Below are positions 1-11,700 of a DNA stretch of 64,000 nt, in pieces (position 1 is the stretch's first letter; each line of letters opens with the position of its first letter). A program made the position numbers and the translations under genes. The notes under the pieces were generated by a model. That model saw nothing but the letters and a program-made list of their open reading frames with translations, had not been told where the DNA came from and ran no database searches. The DNA is from Octopus vulgaris (lineage: Eukaryota), in NCBI GenBank assembly GCA_951406725.2, contig OX597838.1, positions 13,702,001 to 13,766,000 of the forward strand, in the 5' to 3' direction.

Positions 1-118
1 TCGATTACATCGACCCCAGTGCGTAACTGGTACTTTAATTTATCGACCCCGAAAGGATGAAAGGCAAAGTCGACCTCGGCGGAATTTGAACTCAGAACGT
101 AACAGCAGACGTAATGCC
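1..118 (+). mobile_element. SINE-like repeat, 3' part (same family as 48258-48440)
   Basis: Near-identical to 48258-48380 (tcgattacatcgaccccagtgc...gaaaggcaaagtcgacctcggcggaatttgaac). Confidence 0.7.
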
Positions 119-119
119 A

Positions 120-1708
120 CCCATACCATAGAAAAAGAAACATCCCATAGAGTATGGCAAGACGCATATGCAGTATAGTGGCCGACTCACAAACACACCA
201 AATAAGACTAAATGAACTTAAAAAGTTCCTACTAGAACAGAAATACCCACTCAAATTAATAAAACATGGAATCTCAAGAGCAATGAAACTGGACATCACA
301 CAACTCAGAACTCCAAAAAACAAAAGCAAAGAAAACATCATCCCATTCATAAACACACAACCCTGGAGTTACCAACATGTTTCAAATTATACAATCAAAC
401 TTACCAATAGTCGTACAAAGCCCCAAAATGGGAAGCCTATTAAACAAAAACTGCGTAAGAAACAGTAAACGCCAAGAAAAAACCTGAAAAAACAACTGAC
501 AAGAGCAAAACCGAATTCTTTGTGAAAGAATGTGGAGATAGTAGATGTGGGATCTGCAGTAACCCCATCTACAAATATATAGAGGAAAACAGCCAAATAA
601 AATTAAGAGTGGACACACATTCAAAATAAATGCAAACATGAATTGCAAGACACAAAACTTAATATATTGCATAACCTGTCCCACGGGCAAGGAGAACTAT
701 ATAGGTGAAACTGGCAATTCTTTATGCCAACGAGCCAGAATTCACCAACAACATATCCGACAGGGAGAGCTACAAAAAATTCCACTAAGTAAACACTTAG
801 AAACACGTGGAGAAGGAAGATTCAAAATCTTTCCCTTCTATAAATGCCCAAAGAATGACACCTTCTTCAGAAAAAATGTGGAATAACACTTCATAGCAAA
901 ATTCTCTCCCAAACTGAATGGCTGAAAATATGAAAATCACATCGACTTCCTTATAAACCCATCTGGAACCCTAAGATATATGCATATGTGGGTGTGTGGA
1001 TGTACATACATAAATAGAGACATTCCTGCATCCAGATTTTCCAACCCATACGGGAATGGGTATCAAGCATTGGACAATAATGATAAGTCCAGATAGTTTT
1101 TTTGAAAAATGACTTTCATTATTCCTCATCAAAACAGACCCCCTTAGAGTAACCATCTGGTCTTGCCATTTTCACAGACCAAGAATCAACTTGTCATCTT
1201 CTATTGAAAGAACCGACCAACTGTATAGATATAAAAACATTTTTTCTTCTTTCTTTCTTCCTTCTCTTTTCCATTGACATTAAGAAAAAACATATTTTTT
1301 CACTTTGAAAATATTTTTCTTTCAGACCCCCTGGTGAGCTGGTTGAACCAAAGTAAGCATCTGTTCTAGCCACCTACTAAAAAATATATTCTTTTCCTTT
1401 TCTCTTTGTCTCTTGTTCAAAATGCTTCCTTTCAGATACACAGGCGCACACACACACAATCACTTTCTCCCTCCACCATCTCCCCATTCCTCTCCCTCTT
1501 TTCTACCCTATACACTCCACATTACTCCCCCCACCCCAACCCATTCACTAATACTATAAAAAGACAAATCCTTTCACTAGATTTAAATCTGAAGAATCTA
1601 TTAGAGCAGATGTAAGCGCTTATATGTGATTTATAGAAACATGTGACATATTAATAAATATTTGTACATGTACAACCATCCAGATCTCTGAGTACCTTAC
1701 TTTTTCTA
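120..1708 (+). mobile_element. Penelope-like element 3' part: RT thumb, GIY-YIG endonuclease and 3' terminal repeat (degenerate)
   Basis: ORF 154-468 (ARRICSIV...LLEQKYP); ORF 638-886 with NLIYCITC...YIGETG...R..H GIY-YIG motif; ends in a (TA)n tract. Confidence 0.85.
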
Positions 1709-1734
1709 ATATATATATATATATATACACAAGT

Positions 1735-2695
1735 TCCTCAAGATGGCTGTGGATCAAAAGAGGAGAACCATGGGGTAGTTAGTTGGCCATCTGGACACGG
1801 GGTCTGATCAGCACCAGTTGTGTCACCTGGAGGAGGGTGTATGATGTTGAAAGATCCCAAAAACACCTGATGATGCCAGGCACATCACTAAAGAGGTGTC
1901 CAGATGCATCAGTCATTGATGTATGCACACAACAAGCACTAAGTTGTCAGTGACAACTAGGATAGACTGGAAGACAACCATGAAGAGGGTGGTGACCACT
2001 GGAGAGTCAGTGACAGCCTGGAAAGGCGGCAACCTGGGCAGAACGGGCTGGCAACCCAATGTGTGTCCTCTGAGGACTCCCAGAATAAGCTACGATGAAT
2101 CCAAAGGAGAAAAACTCCCACGGGTGCCTGAGAGAGAGAGGGGGGGGAGAATGTGTACTCCAGTTGGACAGATATATCGTTAACAGACCCTAGCAATGGA
2201 CAACGGACTACGAGCAAGAAGTGTACATGCGATAAAGTCTGCAAGAACATCCACCGAGTAAGGCTTAAGTGCCCGTTGGAAGCAGAAACATCACATCGCA
2301 CAGGGGTCCAACCTGGTGAGACGCAGGAGAAACCCGGCCCGGCGTCACCCCATAGTGCCTGGAACTAATCCCCTGAGCATCAAATCTGACAGGATGAATT
2401 AAATGGCCAGCATCTAGCATGACCTCACAGTGGAAGCAGTTCGCATCAAGGGAGTGAGAAGGAGGAAGGTCATCCATAGTAACACCAATGCAGCAGAGAG
2501 GGCCACAAGATGGCTGTGGATCGAAAGAGGAGAGCCATGGGGTAGCTAACTGGCCATCTGGACACAAGCTGGGGTCTGATCAACCCCAGCTAGGTCACCT
2601 GGAGGAGAGCGTATGATGCTGAAAGACTCGAAACACTCAATGGTACCAGGCACATTACTGAAGATGTGTCTAGATGCATCTGTCATTCATGTATG
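1735..2695 (+). mobile_element. Hero/R2-group non-LTR element: a 3' end followed by an internally deleted copy
   Basis: N-terminal KKCTCDKVCKN...RTGVQPGETQEKPGPASPH and IKWPASSMTSQWKQF are fused at about 2450 to C-terminal AAERATRWLWIERGEPW. The 3' end/UTR occurs twice (about 1738-1925 and 2507-2695). Confidence 0.7.
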
Positions 2696-2767
2696 TACAC
2701 AACAATATGTACATAAATATATGTATAATAACAAATTAATAAATAAAACATATGCATATATACATGC

Positions 2768-3140
2768 ATATATGGGTACAGGACACCAAAAAAACGAACA
2801 CAAACAAAACCAAGGAAATGGACATTTTTCTTAATGAAAAAACAGAGTACAAGACATACGGCACAAGGAACATTCCCCTTCTTCAGCTGCCTGTTTCATC
2901 TACTCCACGTTTCAAATGTAAAAGTGGGAAGGACTGTTTCAACGAAGTCGTGTCTCGCCTTTACCTTTGAAACGCGGAGTAGATGAAACAGGCAGCTGAA
3001 GAAGGGGAATGTTCCTTGTGTTGTATGTCTTGTACTCTATTTTGTTGTTGTTTAAGAAAAATATCCATTTCCTTGGTTTTGTGTTTATGTTTTCGTTTCT
3101 CATTGTGTTTGACAGTTTTTTGGTGTCCTGTACCCATATA
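2768..3140. repeat. Long inverted repeat (arms about 155-180 bp, spacer about 37 nt), probably derived from a Penelope terminal repeat
   Basis: 2768-2922 is the reverse complement of 2960-3140, with indels; flanked by TA-rich tracts. Confidence 0.85.
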
Positions 3141-3202
3141 TATATATGATAGATCGTTAGCTCCTACACGCATTTTTTGCTTTCCTTGTTTCTCTCTGTG
3201 TA

Positions 3203-3240
3203 TCTTTCTGTCGAAGAGCATAGGCTCGAAACGTAAAAGA
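3203..3240 (+). ncRNA. Minimal hammerhead-like motif with variant core (CTGTCGA)
   Basis: tcttt-CTGTCGA-a-gagc-atag-gctc-GAAA-cgta-aaaga: stem I tcttt/aaaga, stem II gagc/gctc. Confidence 0.55.
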
Positions 3241-3349
3241 CATTTTCTATTCCCGAGCGCTATACTAATACATTTGTTTGTTTGTACTCCACCTGCCTTT
3301 TGTTTATTTTCGTAAACTTTCCCTTTATATATATATATATATATGTATG

Positions 3350-3835
3350 ATATAGGGTAAAGAATTATTAATTCATTAATAATTCTTAAATAATTGTATA
3401 CCCTGTATCTATAATGATAATTCACTCCCTGTTAGTAAATTGCAGTTTTTCTGTGTTACTGCTTGTAACAAGGTTGTAACAAGGTTGAACTTGAGGACAG
3501 ATACGGAATTACTCATTACTCATCTATATAAATTCGGAAATGCTGCCTCTTGTGTTATGTTCAATGTCGCTTGATTGAGCGTGCATGCGTTTGTTAGCAT
3601 TTTCAGATTTATAATCTAGAATATCACGCTGAAGAAGGGAATGAATTTTACACCATTCTAATCCCGAAACGCATACACGACTAACTAAGCCTGGTTGATT
3701 TCGTTATTTTCTCTCCTTTTAGCTTATGTAAGTTACAAGTATTACTGTCTGTTGTGATATAGCGTTGAAGAATTAATAGTTTTAACTGCTATTTCTAAAT
3801 TTTGGTATGTGGTGAAGCAATTTTTGCTGATCCCT
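3350..3835 (+). mobile_element. Penelope-type terminal repeat remnant with degenerate hammerhead
   Basis: CTGAAGA-aggga...tccc-GAAAC at 3629-3670; bounded by (TA)n/(TG)n. Confidence 0.5.
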
Positions 3836-3874
<39 letters not shown>

Positions 3875-3877
3875 GAG

Positions 3878-4836
3878 ACTCGGACGGACGTCAACCAGTT
3901 CCTGCGCCGCCTCAAACTCTGCGCCTTCTATCACGCGTCTCCGCAGCGTCACGACAATCAGGATTGCTTTTTGGAGCTGGGGCGCTGCCCCCGGGCCAAT
4001 TCGGTAGCCTAGACTCGTTTCTGAACGACTGCAACGCGTTGGTAAACCGGTTCAACTTTAAAAAAAGACCTCTCCGAGACAACCTCACATAGGCTGAATT
4101 GGTTGCCCTTCGCCACCTCCGTCGCCGCAATGACATTGTCATCAAACCGGCGGAGCAGTGGTGGTGTGGCGCGCGGATCTCTACAGGGAGGAAGCGCTCA
4201 GCCAGCTTCAAAATCCCCTCTTCTATCGCCTCCTCCCCTCCGATCCTACCTCTTCCTACCAACAGCAAGTGTCCTTCACTATCTACGAACTCATCTCCTC
4301 TTCTGCTTTCCCCCCCCACCGCCACCAACCTCATCGTCCGTACCTCCACCATCTATTTCCTTCCCAAAATTCATAAGCCCAATACCCCTGGCCGCCCCAT
4401 CGTTTCGGCCTGTAATTGCCCAACTGAACACATTTCCCTATATCTCGACCGCATCCTGTCCCCTTTAGTCAAAGCCCTCCCTTCCCACATACATGATACC
4501 AACCACGCCCTCCGTCTCTTCAATTCCTTTTCCTTCCCTTCCAGCCCTTCACACCTCTTCTTCACCCTTGACATCAAATCACTGTATACGGTAATTCCCC
4601 ACAACGACGGTCTCCTAGCTCTCCAACACTTCCTTAACCGTCGTCCCAACCCCACCCTCCTCCGCCTGGCAGAGCTTGTCCTAACCCTCAACCGTTTCAC
4701 GTTTGTCGGGGAAACGTACCAGCAGGTGTCCGGGGTCGCGATGGGAACGAGAATGGGCCCCAATTTCGCCAATCTCTTTGTTGGCTACATTGAGGCCCAA
4801 GTATTCTCCCAATTCTCCGGGCCGACCCCAGAACTA
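3878..4836 (+). mobile_element. Penelope-like reverse transcriptase fragment
   Basis: YFLPKIHKPNTPGRPIVS, TLDIKSLYTVIPH, GVAMGTRMGPNFANLF; frameshifted and truncated before the YxDD motif. Confidence 0.92.
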
Positions 4837-5366
4837 TACAGAAGCAAAGTTCTGGATCGGCCAAAAAATAACTACCACATTACAGGCCGAACCAGCCACC
4901 TTAGAAGAATTCACCGAGGCGATAGATATCGGCGACAAACATCTACCAGTTATGGTAGAGGGCCGCCAACCTAAGTGCTTCCTATGCGGCAAAAAGGGAC
5001 ACCTCAGGAAAAGTTGTGAACTGGCAGAGATAGAGAGAATGGTCAAGTGAGGGATGGATAGCAGCAGCATCAAAAAGAAAGCACAAAAATCCCTCCCCGG
5101 AAAAAGGAAAAACCGAGAAATTAAGAAGGCAAAAAAGCCGGAAAACAACATCAACAACGCTTTTGTCGCAATCCGAACAGTGGAGAGTGAGGTGACGAGG
5201 CGCATCGAGACACACCACCTGCAGGATATAGAGGTGGAAAACAAGTTAAAGAGGAAACTAATAAAGATTTACAAAATAAACCAAAAAACATAACGTGTTG
5301 GCGAACGATTTCAGGTGGGACGTGGGCCCTCTGCGGATGGAGGTCTCGAACCGTCTGTACGAGGGT
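4837..5366 (+). mobile_element. L1/Tx1-like fragments: ORF1 CCHC zinc knuckle and a short ORF2-like piece
   Basis: VMVEGRQPKCFLCGKKGHLRKSC (CX2CX4HX4C) in ORF 4703-5050; abrupt junctions on both sides. The clade assignment is tentative. Confidence 0.6.
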
Positions 5367-6420
5367 CTCAACAACAACTGCCTACAGAAAGATCTCGTCT
5401 ACATATGCGATGTACGATCAGGCCCCGATGATAAAAGAAAATCGTACATCGGAATGACCTCAAATAGTTTTAAGACTCGCTAGTTTTAAGACACACACTC
5501 GTTCCGGCGACCCGACAAATCTAACCAGACTACTCTCGCCGCCCATATCTGGCACCTTAAAAGGAACTCCATCCCCTTCAAGATCAAGTGGAGACTACTC
5601 CAGAGAGCGCGTTCTTACACGGGAGGCCATACTTGCTGTGACCTTTGCATTTCTGAGAGCTTGGAGATCTTATTCGCCAAAGGCCCTCTCCTCAACAAAA
5701 TCTCGGAACACTCCTTGCCCCCTCAACAACAACTGCCTACAGAAAGATCTCGTCTACATATGCGATGTACGATCAGGCCCCGATGATAAAAGAAAATCGT
5801 ACATCGGAATGACCTCAAATAGTTTTAAAACTCGCTGGTACGCCCACACACATTCGTTCCGGTGACCTGACAAATCTAACCAGACTACTCTCGCCGCCCA
5901 TAGGAACTCCATCCCCTTCAAGATCAAGTGGAGACTACTCCAGAGAGCGCGTTCTTACACGGGAGGCCATACTTGCTGTGACCTTTGCATTTCTGAGAGC
6001 TTGGAGATCTTATTCGCCAAAGGCCCTCTCCTCAACAAGATCTTGGAACACCCCCCAAACTGTATGCACAAAATCTATGCAAACTACAAAAATTATAGAC
6101 CCACCCAACCACCCGATTGACGACACCCCCCACCACACCAGTCTGTGACGAACAAGAAGGGCGATGTGGTAAATGAACCTGAGCAGATGTGTCGAACCTT
6201 TCATAGAACTCACTCCTAATACTTCATAAAGATAGCCACACTCTCTAGGATGTCTGGAAAACGTGATTTAGCTGATGAATACGGGACATTTGTATTTGCT
6301 GCAATATTTGCAGCTTTGAATAAAATTGTTCTTAGTATGAAACGATTGTACTAAACTACTAATCCATTCTTGTTGCTTTTCTCTTGGTTTTAAATTTCAA
6401 ACTACTAGCCAATTGAATTA
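5367..6420 (+). mobile_element. Penelope-like (Naiad-like) GIY-YIG domain in two tandem copies plus 3' region
   Basis: CPLNNNCLQKDLVYICDV...YIGMTSNSFKTRWYAH repeated with a period of about 355 bp (copies start at 5367 and 5722); hammerhead downstream. Confidence 0.85.
6267..6355 (+). ncRNA. Type I hammerhead ribozyme (Penelope-associated)
   Basis: tttag-CTGATGA-atac...gtat-GAAA-c-gatt-GTA-ctaaa: intact core, stem I tttag/ctaaa, stem II atac/gtat, minimal stem III. Confidence 0.8.
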
Positions 6421-6851
6421 ATCTAAATAATCATTACCTAGTGGTCAGAATTTCTAAACTCATAGTTATTTCGATCTTGAAAGGATGGACTTGGTGCAAA
6501 CTTAACTGTATCTATTACTATTATTATTAATATTAATATTAATAGTAATTTTTATTGACTTTTATAGCTTTATAATTTTATGAACTGAACCATGGTTTTA
6601 ATTATTATTTTTCATCTCCCTATGTGTTAGTTTTTTAAAACTATTAGCCAAATATGTTTAATAACTGTGCTTATTAATATTAATATATACACTGATATAT
6701 ATTTTGTTTTGTTTACCTTGCATTATTGTACCAATGAGTATTATATTATACAAGTGTAGCATTATGAAGTTTATGCATAAGTTTTTATATTTTACATTTT
6801 TATATTTATATGTATATGGAAAAATAATTTTTTCACAATTATAAATTTAAT

Positions 6852-6961
6852 TCTCTGAAGAGGCCATGGGGCATCCTTGTTAATGCCTCATTTATACCTG
6901 CCTTTATGGCTTATAGGTTAAATGAGGTATGACTGCCCTTGCTGCCGAAACAGCTGTCAGA
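6852..6961 (+). ncRNA. Type I hammerhead ribozyme (Penelope-associated) with long stem II
   Basis: tct-CTGAAGA-ggc...gcc-GAAA-c-agct-GTC-aga; palindromic agct loop; extended pairing gggca/tgccc and cctcattta/taaatgagg. Confidence 0.82.
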
Positions 6962-7144
6962 TTTGATTTAATTACATATTATATTTGAAATGTTATACTT
7001 ATATCTCTTTGTCTATTTACCTTTACTGTATATTTTGTATAATGCCTTTACTGATATGTAATGGTGTAATAGGTATTGATTGGGTATCATCTGATAGTTG
7101 ATGTTTTATTGATTTAAGATGTTTCTCCATTTTCTAATTTTGTA

Positions 7145-7178
<34 letters not shown>

Positions 7179-7189
7179 GAACACCACAA

Positions 7190-8580
7190 CCCTCTTTTCC
7201 AAAACTCACCCCAGTTTTCAGAGTTGGCACTGCCAATGTTGCTAGGTCTAGTGAGATTGTAGAAATGCTTGAAAGGAGACGGGTTGATGTATGCTGCATG
7301 CAAGCAGTAAGATGGAGAGGAGCTTCAGCTAGGATCCTCACAGGCAAGGTAACATGGATGGTGTAGGCATACTCTTTGCAGAGAAATGGGTGAATACGGT
7401 CACAGAGGTTGTTAGGGTATGAGATAGAGGGCTTAAGCTCAGGCTAGTCCTGCAGAATAGCACAGCTACAATTTTCTCCGCCTACGTCCCACATGCGGGA
7501 CTACCAAATGATCAGAAGGACCACTTTTATGATACCCTTCAGGCTACCTCAAAGACAAGTGGCAATGACCTCAGCTTTGTAGCTGGAGACTTCATTGGGC
7601 ATATTGGGCAGGAATCTGGTATCTTCACTAGGGTACATGGTGGCCATGGTATTGACACTCAAAATGATGAGGGAACCAGGCTACTGGAGTTCTGTGATGC
7701 ATGTAACCTTTTAATCTGCAACACTGACTTCAGGAAGCCAGACAGCCACCTTATAACCTATAAATCAGGGGTCTGCTAGCCAGATCGATTTCATCCTCAC
7801 CGACAGTGGGACGAAGGATTGCTCTTAAATACAAAGACCCTCCCAGGTGAAGAATGTACCCCCCAGCATAGGCTAGTGATTAGTGACTTTAGGCTCGAGG
7901 GCAGAAGGATACCAAGAAGCAGACCAATCCAGAAAAGAAGGATTTGGAAGCTAAAGAACCATTCACATGGTCAGAGATTTAGGGACATCCTCATCAAGAA
8001 ATTTGAGAAGAGGGAGGAGGAGCTACAGACATCGGACATAGAAGGTAACTGGAAATTCCCAAGAGACAGCTTGCTGAGTGCCACAGACCAAGTCTGCGAA
8101 TGGTGCAAAGTCCCTTCCAGACCTAGAGTTACATGGTGGTGGAATAGTACGGTAGACAAAGTCATTAGAGCAAAGAAACAGGCCTTGAAAGCCTGGAAGG
8201 GTGGGGGTAGCAGGGAACTGTACCAGGTAGCCAAAAGGGAGGCTGGGCGGTGCATATACATAGCCAAGGTCAAAGCGGAGAAGAAGTTTGCCAATGTCCA
8301 GTGACACGAGGACCAAAGAACTGAGGTATTTCAGATTGCAAAACAGCGAGAGGAAATTGTGATGTCACAGAAGAGAAATGTGTCTGCATGGATGACGGTG
8401 CACTTGCTTTTAATGATTCTGAAAAGAAAAAGGCTTGGAGAAAGACTGCTGAATGTGAAGAATGAATGGGAGGAGGAGAACCAGCCAAATGTTGACCCAG
8501 TAGAGGGACCAGCTTTCCCAATAGACAGCTCCCTAGTAGATAAAGCAATTAAGGGTATGAAGCCAGGAAAAGCCCCCTCT
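7190..8580 (+). mobile_element. RTE-clade LINE fragment (APE endonuclease plus linker), degenerate
   Basis: RVGTANV...EMLERRRVDVCCMQ.VRWRG, AGDF, QHRLVISD, TWWWNS, KAIKGMKPGKAP; truncated at the start of the RT. Confidence 0.85.
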
Positions 8581-8690
8581 GGACAATGCAAATCTCAAGG
8601 TTCAAGTGAAGCAGACATGGCCAGGTACAATGCAGGATGTGCTGGCTAGGGCTCTGGAATTCGAGCCATACATCAAATCTAGCATAAAAT
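8581..8690 (+). mobile_element. Gypsy gag-like fragment
   Basis: VKQTWPGTMQDVLARALEFEPYIKSS resembles the Gypsy gag P.TL.EAL..ALE.E motif. Confidence 0.45.
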
Positions 8691-8747
8691 TATTGCCAAT
8701 GTGTCTGTCTGAACACATCAGCAAAAAAAAAAAAAAGGGTGTGTGTG

Positions 8748-8787
<40 letters not shown>

Positions 8788-8791
<4 letters not shown>

Positions 8792-11700
8792 TCCGGCGCG
8801 ATTGTCAATCACAGAATATAACTGGTTACTTATCCATAGGATTAATGACTTCATTTTTTTTTCTAAATATATAGTCGCGAACTTTCCTCTCTTCTTATCT
8901 TCTACCAGCTCTCAATCTCTCTAAATACACAGTCACTTTCTTTCTCTACCCTCTATCACACTATTAAATTTTAAATATAATTAGATAGATAAATAAAATA
9001 TCCAACATGTCCAGAACCTGGAGAAGTGACGAATTGGCGTTGTTCCAGAGAGCCTGGCAATGCGCCGACGGAGATAACCCTAACAATATAATTACAGCTG
9101 CGCTGAAGACCGGCAGTTATAAAAGGACAATAGCTCAGATAGAGTGGAAGGAACAGGAGTTCATACGCTCCTATGCACTTGTACAATCTCACATTGGCAT
9201 GCTTGATGCCATCTTTGACAACGAACAAAGTAAAGATGGCAAGGATGGAGATGCGGGTGCTGATGAAAAAAGTCACCCCCACCTGGTAGACACCCATGAA
9301 GAAAACTCCATGGCGTTGTTCCTGAGAGCCTGGCAATGCGCCGATGGAGATAACCCTAACAATATAATTACGGCTGCGCTGAAGACCGGCAGTTATAAAA
9401 GGACAATAGCTCAGATAGAGTGGAAGAAGCAGGAGTTCATACGCTCCTATGCACTTGTACGATCTCACATTGGCACGCTTGATGCCATCTTTGACAACGA
9501 ACAAAGTAAAGATGGCAAGGATGGAGACGCGGGTGCTGATGAAAAAAGTCACCCCCATCTTGTAGACACCCAGGAAGAAAACTCCAGTGAGAAACCTGCC
9601 CGGGAAGTAAACATAAGTGCAAGTGATCCTACCAGCACCAAAAGCCATGGAGATGAAAGAACCAAAAAAGGAGGAAAAACTAAAAAATGAAACAGCCAAG
9701 GATAGAAGCAAACCTGACTATCCATATACCAAAAAGAATGGAAACAGACAGCGCACACGGGTGTGCAGGTTCTACCTGAGAGGTGTCTGCTGGCATGGAG
9801 AGGAAGGTGCACGCGGGCTTTTTAGCACATCGGGGACCCTGCCGCAGAGACACGAAACAGGTCAGAAACCAACTACAAAAAGGAAAAGGGATGGACCACG
9901 CACCACCTGCCCCAAAACGGAGGTACGCAGATGTGGTGCGTGCTACAAACCGCCAACATGTTATTGAAAGGGCAGCTGCTGAACAAGAATCTTTTTTGTG
10001 CATGGCACAAAAGATTGTACAGCAGCTAACCTGGCTCCATCAAACTCAAACTCACAGATGGGACTATCCACAATACACAAGACCACCACAGCAAATAGAC
10101 CCAAGGAGGACACCGCTGGCAACAGCATACACCTCACCTCGATGCTCCTACTGAACATCAGAGGACTGCTAACACTCAGTAACAGGACAAAAATCCTGTT
10201 CCTGAGAGATTTTGTTGCATGCAATCAAGCCTTATGCATAGCACTAACGGAAATGCACCTGAAACCGGATATAGCAGATGCGGAGTTACAGGACCAAAGG
10301 GTGAAAAAACCAGGAATAGAAGTGGAATCGCAAAAGATGGAAACAAACAGCGTACACGGGTGTGTAGGTTCTACCTGAGAGGTTCCTGCTGGCATGGAAA
10401 GGAAGGTGCAGGCTGCTGCTTTGCACATCGGGGACCCTGCCACAGAGACACGAGGCAGATGGACAAACCATCAACACAAGGAAAAGGAATGGACCACGCA
10501 CCACTTGCCCCAAAGCGGAGGTACGCAGATGTTGTGTGTGCCACAAACCACCAACATGATGTTGTCGAAAGGGCAGTTGCTGAGCAACAATCTTTTTTGT
10601 GCATGGCACAAAAGATTGTACAGCAGCTGACCTGGCTTCATCAAACCCAAGCCCGCAGGTGGGACTACCCACTATATACCAGACCACCACAGCAAACAGA
10701 CCCAGGATGGACACCACCGGCAACAACGTACACCTCACCTCGATGCTCCTACTGAACATCAGAGGACTGCAAACACTCAGTAACAGGACAAAAATCCCGT
10801 TCCTGAGAGATTTTGTTGCATGCAATCAAGCCTTATGCATAGCACTTACGGAAATACACCTGAAACCGGATATAACAGATGCGGAATTACACATACCACA
10901 GTATGTTGTACTACGGACTGACAGAAAAGAAAGGAGTCATGGAGGAGTTGCTAAGTACATTCGTGAGGACCTCACACCCCAGGTCCTTTTGTCATACTCA
11001 AACTCGGTGTGTGACACACTAATTGTACATATAAGGCAACGTGGTGTAGTTGTGTGTGCTACATATCGCCCTCCAGGTGCCCCATGGACCACACACTACC
11101 TGCCCCAAAACGGAGGTACGCAGATGTGGTGCGTGCTACAAACCGCCAACATGTTATTGAAAGGGCAGCTGCTGAACAAGAATCTTTTTTGTGCATGGCA
11201 CAAAAGATTGTACAGCAGCTAACCTGGCTCCATCAAACTCAAGCTCGCAGATGGGACTATCCACAATACACAAGACCACCACAGCAAATAGACCCAAGGA
11301 GAACACCGCCGGCAACAGCATACACCTCACCTCGATGCTCCTACTGAACATCAGAGGACTGCTAACACTCAGTAACAGGACAAAAATCCTGTTCTTGAGA
11401 GACTTTGTTGCATGCAATCAAGCCTTATGCATAGCACTTACGGAAACACACCTGAAACCGAACATAGCGGATGCGGAATTACACATACCACAGTATGTTG
11501 TACTACGGACTGACAGAAAAGAAAGGAGTCATGGAGGAGTTGCTATGTACATCCGTGAGGACCTCACACCCCAGGTCCTTTTGTCATACCCAAACTCGGT
11601 GTGTGACACACTAATTGTACATATAAGGCAACTTGGTGTAGTTGTGTGTGCTACATACCGCCCTCCAGGTGCCCCATGGACCATGCACTACCTGCCCCAA

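Noticed and set aside
1589-1650. Hammerhead at CTGAAGA...GAAACATGT
   Set aside because: Stem II is weak, the cleavage triplet is lost and stem I does not pair; a degenerate remnant at best.
5367-6100. Selenocysteine-encoding Naiad (in-frame TGA at Cys positions)
   Set aside because: The conserved Cys positions I could read here and at about 32465 use TGT/TGC; no SECIS was recognised.
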